Source: Diplonema japonicum | Lineage: Eukaryota; Protista; Euglenozoa: Diplonemea | Direction of reading: 5' to 3' | Length of the DNA: 64,000 nt | NCBI GenBank assembly: GCA_964019335.1 | Contig: OZ025685.1 | Span: 517,589-581,588, forward strand | In this document: piece after piece, positions 54,904-62,394 of the stretch | Numbering within the stretch: position 1 is the stretch's first letter | Layout of the letters: the number at the start of each line of letters is the position of its first letter | The notes under the pieces: model-generated | What the model was told of the DNA's origin: nothing | Databases searched by the model: none | Seen by the model: the letters and a program-made list of their open reading frames with translations, nothing else | Program-made: the position numbers and the translations under genes

Positions 54904-55720
54904 ATGCAGAACATAAGATCGGTGCAGCGGGTGACGGAGCGAGAGTTGAAGCTCGGGATCGACGGCAGGGGGAAGGACAGCTGGCACCACGACCACAGGC
55001 ACAGTGCGTGTGTCCACGTTGGGGGGCTCCCTCGCGACCTCTCTGAGGGCGACGTATGTGTAATCTTCTCGCAGTACGGCAACATTCAAGACCTGCGCCT
55101 CGTGCGGGACAGGGAAACTGGTGACAGCAAGGGCTTCGCTTTTGTCACCTACCAAGATCAACGCAGCACGATCCTTAGTGTAGACAACCTGAACGGCGCC
55201 AAGGTGCTGGGCAGAATGCTCAGTGTTGACCACGCAGAGTACAAACCCCCTCAGAAGGATTCGGACAGCGAACCAGAAGAGACCTTCCACGACCACGTCA
55301 AGAAAAAACAGAAGGAGTACAAAAAAGACCTGCTGCAGGCGGCACGGGACGAGCGTGAAGACAAGCATGTTCGGAAGTTAGAAGCCAAGCAGCACAAGCA
55401 GGATGCACTGGAGGCGAAAAGGCTGCGATTATTGGAGTTGCAAGAGGCGAGTAAGCGACAAGAAAACGAAAGGGGCACAGACAGTGATAGGGATAGGCAC
55501 AGAAGGGATGGAGACAGGGATAGGAGGGACAGAGACAGGCACAGGGATAGAGACAGAGACAGAGACAGAGACAGAGACAGAGAAAGAAGGGACAGGGTCA
55601 AGGACAAGAAGAGAGATGACAGAAGGAGTATGTAAAAGATTGCGAGCTACTAAAAATCACACTACAGGGAGACGCAGCAGCACGCCAAGAAGGGAACGAA
55701 GAAGGCGCAGCGACAGCTAG
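54904..55720 (+). CDS. RBMX2: RBMX2/Snu17 (RES complex) RRM protein with RD/RS tail; exons 54904-55627, 55668-55720
   Basis: 'ERELKLG...SWH..HRHSACVHVGGLP..LSEGD..IFSQYG..LVRDRETGDSKGFAF..YQDQRSTILSVDNLNG'. A 40-nt GTATGT..CTAA..CAG intron extends the RS tail. Confidence 0.92.
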
Positions 55721-55970
55721 CTATCGTAATACTAGTTCGTTTCTTCTTTATTCTCTTTTCTTTGTTTTTTTGATTGCAGGCGATCCTGTATGCAAGTTTA
55801 TTCAATTCTCGTTTTAGTGTTTCGTATTCTGGAATTTAATCCCTTCAGGAAGTTGTTGCTACTTAAATGTTCCTTTGTGACAGCCATCCTTGATCGCAAC
55901 AATGTGCAAAACTCGAGACTGTTCTGACATTACCTTCGAGGATCAGAGTTTCTTCACCATGCTCCGTTGG

Positions 55971-56007
55971 CCAACGATTCTAAAGCTACAGTTTCTGTAC
56001 TTTATTG
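55971..56007 (+). other. Spliced-leader (mini-exon) sequence, 37 nt, lacking the first two nucleotides
   Basis: CCAACGATTCTAAAGCTACAGTTTCTGTACTTTATTG. The 3' half CAGTTTCTGTACTTTATTG is the conserved euglenozoan SL end. The 5' part matches the diplonemid-type (AA)CCAACGATT..AAAGCTA as recalled. Confidence 0.92.
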
Positions 56008-56719
56008 GTCGTTCGTGTTCTGCTGGTGCCTGCCGCCTCTGCCTGGGTTTGCCGCTGCGTCCGTCGTCCGTCGTCGCCGTCGTCCGGGGGGGTTGTTTTG
56101 CCCGTCGGCCTGCCCGCCGCTCAACGAAAGGATCCCCTCCCCCCCAACACACACTATAAAACAAAAAAAAAAAAAAAATGGATCCAAGACGACTCGCAGG
56201 AGGAGGTGACCGCAGCCGCAGCCCGCAGGAGCAAGCCCGCAGTGCACGGCGCCGAGACCCACCCAACCAGGCAATCTGGTTGGGCAGTATGAATCCCCAC
56301 CCCCTAGATCCCCCCACCCCCCTTTAGAAAAAAAAAATAATAAAAAAAAAATCACAAGTAGAGACCGCGGTTTTGACCGCCACAACCAAGGGAGCAGCAG
56401 CCCCTGCTACAGCCACGGCCGTCCCGGCCGCAAGCACGACTGCTGCAGCAGCCCCAGCCGCACTGAACGCCGCAGCCGACCCTGCCGCCCCAAACGCCGC
56501 AGCCGCCCCTGCCGCAGCCACGACCGACACAACCACGATCGCCGCAGCCGCCCCTGCCGCCTTGAACGCTGTAGCCGCCCCTGCCGCAACTGAGACCGCC
56601 GCAGCCGCTCCTGCCGCAACTGAGACCGCCGCAGCCGCCCCTGCCGCAAGCCCGACCTCCGCAGCCGACCCTGCCATAGTTGAAGAGGAAAAAAAAAAGA
56701 AGAAAAAGGGGGAAGGGGG

Positions 56720-57225
56720 ATACTGAAAGATGGTGAGCACCCCCCCGGGTTGAAGACAGGTGCTGCCCCCGCCTTCCCAGAAGCTCTGCTGTCCGGGAAG
56801 TGGGAGGCCCTGTCAGGGAACACGGGGAGGGAGACGCTCCAGCATGGGCACCGGTGGGAGGGGACGGACGCCGAGGTGCGCCCCACCACCGGCATCCCAG
56901 GGGAGGCAAAGGGGTGGGTGAGGGAGGTGGCCGCCGCCGCAGGGCTCAAGGTGGTCCCCAACCAGGTACTTGTGAATAAGTACAGACCTGGTTGTGGGAT
57001 TGCCGCCCACAAGGACGACGCAAGACTGGGACCGGTCGTCCTAGTCTTGTCGTACGGGGCTGAGACCACAATGGTCATGAGGAAGGGGGACAGGGTAGCG
57101 AGGTACCTGGTGCCCCCCTTCTCATGGGCACTGTTGGAAGGCGAAGCGAGACACCAGTGGACACACCACATCCCGTCAGGGGTGTCCACTGGTGTCAGGG
57201 TGTCGATCACCCTGCGTGCGGTTGG
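56720..57225 (+). CDS. AlkB-family 2OG-Fe(II) dioxygenase domain (element-associated)
   Basis: 'PPGL...W...RETLQHGHRW...PNQVLVNKYRPGCGIAAHKD...VLVLSYG...M...LEGEARHQWTHHI...RVSITLR'. HxD, distal His and RxxxxxR are all intact. There is no ATG of its own ahead of the domain. Confidence 0.88.
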
Positions 57226-57302
57226 CCCCGAGCTCACCCACATACCCCCCCAGGAAGACCCACCCCCTGGGCTAACAAACGAACCCCCCCCTTTTTTTTT
57301 TA

Positions 57303-57710
57303 GAACCCTCCACGGAGGTAAAAAACAGACCCTCTTCGGAGGAAAATGGAGAGAGAGGGGAAGAGGCAGCGCTCCCAAAAGAGGGTAGTGTTCCTCCCCC
57401 CCCATTTGTCCCCCCCTTTTTCATTTTTAGAGCCCTCTTTGGAGGAACCCTCCACGGAAAACAGACCCTCTTCGGAGGAAAATAGAGAGAGAGGGGAAGA
57501 GGTGGCACCCCCGAGAGAGGGTAGTGTTCCTCCCCCATTTGTCCCCCCCTTTTTCATTTTTAGAGCCCTCCCCAGAGGGACCCTCCACGGAGGTGAAAAA
57601 CAGACCCTCTTCGGAGGAAAAAAAGGCAGAGGGAGAGACAGCACGCCCGAGAGAAGGTAGTGCTCCTCCCTCTCTGCCCCCCATTTTTTCTGGACCCTCT
57701 ACGGAGGTGT
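57303..57710 (+). repeat. ~115-140-bp tandem repeat, 3 copies plus a partial (starts ~57303, 57445, 57578, 57692)
   Basis: Recurrent ACCCTCCACGGA..AACAGACCCTCTTCGGAGGAAAA..GGTAGTG(T/C)TCCTCCC. Confidence 0.9.
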
Positions 57711-59866
57711 ACACCCTGGTCCCCAAGGGCCGGGGGCTTTTTTTGAGGGTAGAAGGGAAAGAAAAAAAAAAAACAAACAAGGAGGAACCTTTTTTCTTTT
57801 CAAACAACCAGGGGGACCCAGCACCCGCCCCCACCGCCTGCCAAGGTGTGGTTGGGGCGGAGGCTGCGAGCGACGTGAGAGCACCACTGCACACCCTTGT
57901 GAAAAGACAGAAAAGAGCCCCCTGGATTGCCATGGGTGGCAGGGAACCTAAGCCAGCGCCCAAGAGGAAGAAGAACAGGAGGAGGCACAGGAGCGAAACG
58001 GCCCTTCAGAGGCGTCGGGAGAAGAGGACCAAGGCGAGGGAGGGGGCGAGGGAGGCTGCCAGACAGGAGAAGAAAAGGCACCGTCGTGCGAGGAAAGAAG
58101 GGAGGAGGAGGGCCCGCAGAGAGGAACACGAGGCCGCCCTGGAACAGAAGCCAGATGACCCTGCAATGGGGCTGAAGCTGACCGAGGTGGGAACGCCTGG
58201 AGCCCAACCCCTGGCACCCAGAATCCCGGCACCTGGGGCTGCAACCGGTGCAAGGAGGCACCGCAGACGGACGGGACACAGCAAGGAAGGGATGAGATGG
58301 GAGCACCTGGGGGTGTGGGCCTGGGTCGCCCTGTTCTCCCTCTTGCTGATCCCAGGGGTGAGGCAGGTGCTGGGGGCGGGCATCGGGATGGCCCCCTCCT
58401 TCCTGCATGCTGCAGTGTTGTGGAAGAGGCCGGGGAGCGACAGGAGGACCACCCGCAGGTCAAGGGTACAGGTGGGGCCCCGAGGGGATGAATGGTCCGC
58501 CGGGGAGCTCGCTTGGCTAGCGGTAGGGGGCACCCTGGTGGGAAGCACTTCAGTTTGGATAGGGGGGCTGATGTCGCTCTGGGCCATGTCGGAAGTGATG
58601 GTGGGGAAAGCTGGTGCTGGCCCGACCCAGAGATTCGGACCGGTAAAGCTGAAGAAGACAAGACGCGGATCGAGAGGTCACTACCTGCCGGTGTACTTGG
58701 GCCCGCCTAGAAGCTCAAGACGCAGAAAAAAGAAGGAGGACGCCAAGCAAGCGGCGAAGGAACGAGCTGAGACGGAGGATAAGCTCTTTCAGGCCGAACA
58801 CCTGGACCCCTTTGCGGACTTGACGCTGGCAGGGGACGCGTTGCAAGGAGGTGGTGACCCTCCCCCCATGGATTTGGATGATGAGCACATGGAGGCGCAG
58901 AAGGAGGGGGAAAAAGAAGGATCAGACAAACATCAATGCCGGATGGAAGACTGCTCTTTCCGCACCAGTGTGGCAAGCTGTCTAGTTAAACACCTCAATG
59001 CGGTCCACCATCATTTTGTGAAACAAGAGCAGGCGAGGAGCATGAAGGTGAACCTCTGTGGAACGTGTGCTGCGGCGTGCTCGTCGAACCAGACGCACTG
59101 TGCACTACACAGGCAGCGGAATCTGTGGAACCCCGACAAACAACCCAGGGCCGGCAAGTCAGTGGACGAGATCATGAAGAGCTTCAAGCTGACGAGGAGA
59201 TCGACGGAGAAGGACGGGAACTGCATGTTCCACGCCCTGGCCGGTTCGCTCGGGGAAGCCTACGGCGACCACACCCACATCAGGAGCGAGGTTGTAGAAT
59301 GGATGAAACACCGGGAGGAGCACTATGCCCCGTTTTGCAGTGAGGGTTGGGACCGGTACTTGGAAGGGATGGGCACGGCAGCGACGTGGGGAGACCACTT
59401 GTGCCTGGCAGCCGCAGCACAAGCGTTTGGCCGCACGATACTCGTGGTTGCTGGGGGGAACAACCCAGTCCTGATGATAGGGGAGTACAACTCCGACCAC
59501 GAGAAGGTGGTGGTGCTGGCGTACAACGGCAACCACTACGAGTATGCAGTCGGAGAGGAGGAGTCGATGATGATGCTCCTTGATGAGTCCCAATCGGTAG
59601 CTCTACAAAAGGCAGGCAAGCAACCCTCCGAGGCCCCGGGTGAGGACATCGGGGAGTGGGACATAATAGACCGTGCGATCCCTGGATACGGGAAGGCAGG
59701 GGTGTTGGACCAGATGGGGGCAAGGAACCAGCAATTCCTGTACTGTCCGGTGGCGAACTGCGCTAGGTCGAAGTGCAAAAGCACGACCCGTTCAACTCGA
59801 CAAGGGTATGGAAGTGTCACCTGGATGGGCACCTGGAGAGTGATGAGATCCCGGAGAGCGTTCTGA
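57524..59866 (+). CDS. Retrotransposon ORF segment: basic region, hydrophobic segments, C2H2 finger, OTU cysteine protease
   Basis: 'CRMEDCSF......LVKHLNAVH'; OTU 'DGNCMFHAL...WGDHLCLAAAA...YNGNHYE' with Cys and His intact. The true frame shifts at the A-run 59777-59780. Confidence 0.85.
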   Translation: MFLPHLSPPFSFLEPSPEGPSTEVKNRPSSEEKKAEGETARPREGSAPPSLPPIFSGPSTEVYTLVPKGRGLFLRVEGKEKKKTNKEEPFFFSNNQGDPAPAPTACQGVVGAEAASDVRAPLHTLVKRQKRAPWIAMGGREPKPAPKRKKNRRRHRSETALQRRREKRTKAREGAREAARQEKKRHRRARKEGRRRARREEHEAALEQKPDDPAMGLKLTEVGTPGAQPLAPRIPAPGAATGARRHRRRTGHSKEGMRWEHLGVWAWVALFSLLLIPGVRQVLGAGIGMAPSFLHAAVLWKRPGSDRRTTRRSRVQVGPRGDEWSAGELAWLAVGGTLVGSTSVWIGGLMSLWAMSEVMVGKAGAGPTQRFGPVKLKKTRRGSRGHYLPVYLGPPRSSRRRKKKEDAKQAAKERAETEDKLFQAEHLDPFADLTLAGDALQGGGDPPPMDLDDEHMEAQKEGEKEGSDKHQCRMEDCSFRTSVASCLVKHLNAVHHHFVKQEQARSMKVNLCGTCAAACSSNQTHCALHRQRNLWNPDKQPRAGKSVDEIMKSFKLTRRSTEKDGNCMFHALAGSLGEAYGDHTHIRSEVVEWMKHREEHYAPFCSEGWDRYLEGMGTAATWGDHLCLAAAAQAFGRTILVVAGGNNPVLMIGEYNSDHEKVVVLAYNGNHYEYAVGEEESMMMLLDESQSVALQKAGKQPSEAPGEDIGEWDIIDRAIPGYGKAGVLDQMGARNQQFLYCPVANCARSKCKSTTRSTRQGYGSVTWMGTWRVMRSRRAF

Positions 59867-62352
59867 GGAGACTGGACCTCGAGAGGTGCCTGGTGTGCAG
59901 GGGCTGTGTGTGGAAGGGTCAGGGGTGCCACGACGAGTGCAAAAAGGCGGTGCGAAGGGAAGGGGAATACACGACCCCCCCGCCGGCCCCGACGAGGACC
60001 GAGTTACCCAGCCTGGAAGCCATAGCCGCCATGAACGTCACGACCATGGGGTCGATCCCGACGAGCCTTCAAAGACTGTGGGGGCTTACCCTTAAGCACA
60101 CTCTGGGCCGGGCGGTGAAGGACAACACAGAGGAGGCTTGGCTGCTGGTGGCGATGCTCCCCAAAGCCTGCCTGTGGAAGAAGAGGGGAGGGAAGAAGCG
60201 GGACAAGGAGACGGAGCTGAGTGTCCAGGCCAGGTTGGAGGAGTGGGAGAAGGGAAATTACATGGCCCTCTGGAATAAGCTAGAACCAGGTGAGAAGGGG
60301 GAACCTAAGAACGACGAGGTCTCTAAGGTCGCCAGGGCCACGGAACTGTGCAGCAAAGGGAGGTTCTCGGCAGGAAACGCGGCGCTTGTAGCCCAGGGGC
60401 TGGCGGAAGACAATGAGGATTGCTGGAGAGCGCTGCAGAGCAAACATCCAGAGCCACTACACCCCCAATGGGACAACCCGGCGAAGACGAAGGAAGCGGT
60501 AGAAGTCTTGCCAGAAGAAGTGCTGGACGCAATCAGGGACTTCCCGAGGGGGACTGCTGCGGGACCGACTGGTCTGAGAGCCCAGCACATCAAGGACGCG
60601 GTGGACGGAGCTTTTGAGTCTCAAGGCTGTTTGATGTCGGTGACGAGGGCAGTCAACGCATTAGCTAGAGGCACGGCCCCTAGGGAGGTGGCTCCGCTGA
60701 TGGCAGGGGCGAACCTTGTGGCCCTCAAGAAGAACGACAGGGACGTGCGGCCCATAGCCGTTGGGGATGTGCTGCGTCGGCTGGTGGGGAAATCCCTTGT
60801 GAAGAAGATCGCTCCGGAAGTGGCCTCTTCGTACCTGAAGAAAGGCGGCCAGGTGGGGGTATCGGTCCCTGCTGGAATGGAGGCGGCTATACACACCATC
60901 AGGCAGTATGTGGACAGGGAACGGGGCAACAAGCAGGAAAACAAGGTGATCCTCAAGATCGACTACGCCAACGCCTTCAACAGTGTTTGTCGGAGGCAGC
61001 TGTGCTCACAGGCCTATGAGCAAGCGTCGGGGCTGTATGCGTGGGCCGATTGGTGCTACAGGGTGCCCTCCCAATTATACTACAACGGAAAGGTGATTAA
61101 GTCCCAGGAAGGGGTGCAACAGGGGGACCCGATGGGACCGCTGCTGTTCTCTCTGGCCATCCAACCCCTGGTGAACAAGATAAGTGAAGACTGCAACCTG
61201 GACATCCTCCAGTTCTACCTGGACGATGGCGTCCTTGTGGGGAATGTGGATGAAGTGAGAAAGGCGTACAACATCTTGTGTGAGCTGAGCGGAATGATAG
61301 GGCTGAAAGTGAAACCCCAGAAGTGCGAGCTCATATGGGTTAGTGGCGACCTCCCCCAGACAGTGGAGGACACAGGCTTCGATGGCCTGACAGAAGAGAA
61401 TTTCCACAAAGAGAGGAACTTCATGCTCCTGGGGGCGCCGATAGGATCGCCGGAGTACACGCAAGCCTTTCTGAACAAACGCTTGGACGCGCTGGAAGAG
61501 AACTTCGACATGCTGACCAAGGTGGGGAGGCAGACAGGGTACACACTTCTCCGGTATTGCAGCTCATACAGCAAACTGGTGTTTTACATGAGAGTGGTCC
61601 CAGACTCGCATGTGGGAGGGGTCATGCACAGGTTCGACGAGATGGTGCGGAAGACGATGTCGAAGGTGTGCGGCATGCAGTTCGAGAACGGGTCGAAAGA
61701 ATGGCAGCAGGCGAAACTGTCCGTAAAAGTCGGTGGGCTTGGGATGAGGAGCTGCCAGGAGCACCTGCGCGCGGCCAACATGGCTTCGAGGGCGTCGACG
61801 ATGAAGCTGTGCAAGGAGCTGGATCCCAAATACGAACATGGGCTGGAAGGGGGTGTATGGGGGAGCTGGCTCGAGTGGTTCAACAGGACGAAGGGCGGCA
61901 TGCAGATTACACCCGACATGGTGGCCAAGGCCCCCCACATCTGCAGCCAGAGGTGGCTCTCTAGGGTGCTTGATGAGAAGGCGCTGGAGGACCTCTTGGC
62001 GAAAGCAGATGCACGCTCGAGAGCGAGGTTGATGTCGGAGTCAATGCACTATGCGGGGGCGTGGTTGACGGCGACGCCTGACTTCTACAACCAGCTGTCG
62101 GACAACGAGTTTGGGGCTCTGATCAAGTGGTGGTTGGGGGCTCCGGTCTACAAGCAGGGTGAGAGCTGCCACGACCCGAGGTGCAAGACTGAGGGGATGG
62201 ACGTATGGGGTGACCATGCCCAGGGATGCGGCAACGCCAGGATTGCGAGGCACGACCGGGTGAAGGAGACCATCCACAGACACTGTCAGTGGGCCGGGGT
62301 GAGCGCAACAATGGAGAAGACGGGGCTGATCCCGGGGTCGTCCCAGCGCCCG
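59773..62352 (+). CDS. Reverse transcriptase + CCHC knuckle + N-terminal part of RLE (CRE-clade type)
   Basis: 'AAGPTGLRAQH', 'VRPIAVGDVLRRL', 'KIDYANAFNSV', 'GVQQGDPMGPLLF', 'YLDDG', 'LLGAPIG', 'GGLGM', 'AGAWL', 'C..C...D.WGDHAQGC', 'RHD', 'QRPA'. Confidence 0.95.
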
Positions 62353-62394
62353 GCGGGTTTGCGGGTTTGCGGGTTTGCGGGTTTGCGGGTTTGC
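62353..62394 (+). repeat. (GCGGGTTT)5 octamer array at the endonuclease RPAD motif
   Basis: Five perfect copies at 62353-62392; they shift the frame. Confidence 0.95.

Noticed and set aside
55490-55625. (AGAGAC)n repeat
   Set aside because: It encodes the ordinary RD dipeptide tail of RBMX2.
56262-56284. Perfect 9-bp hairpin CCCAACCAG-GCAAT-CTGGTTGGG containing an Sm-like AATCTGG
   Set aside because: About 265 nt from the SL and the motif is base-paired, so it does not support a functional SL RNA gene.
57303-57710. Repeat array considered as CRISPR
   Set aside because: Long degenerate tandem units without unique spacers; eukaryotic context; no cas genes.
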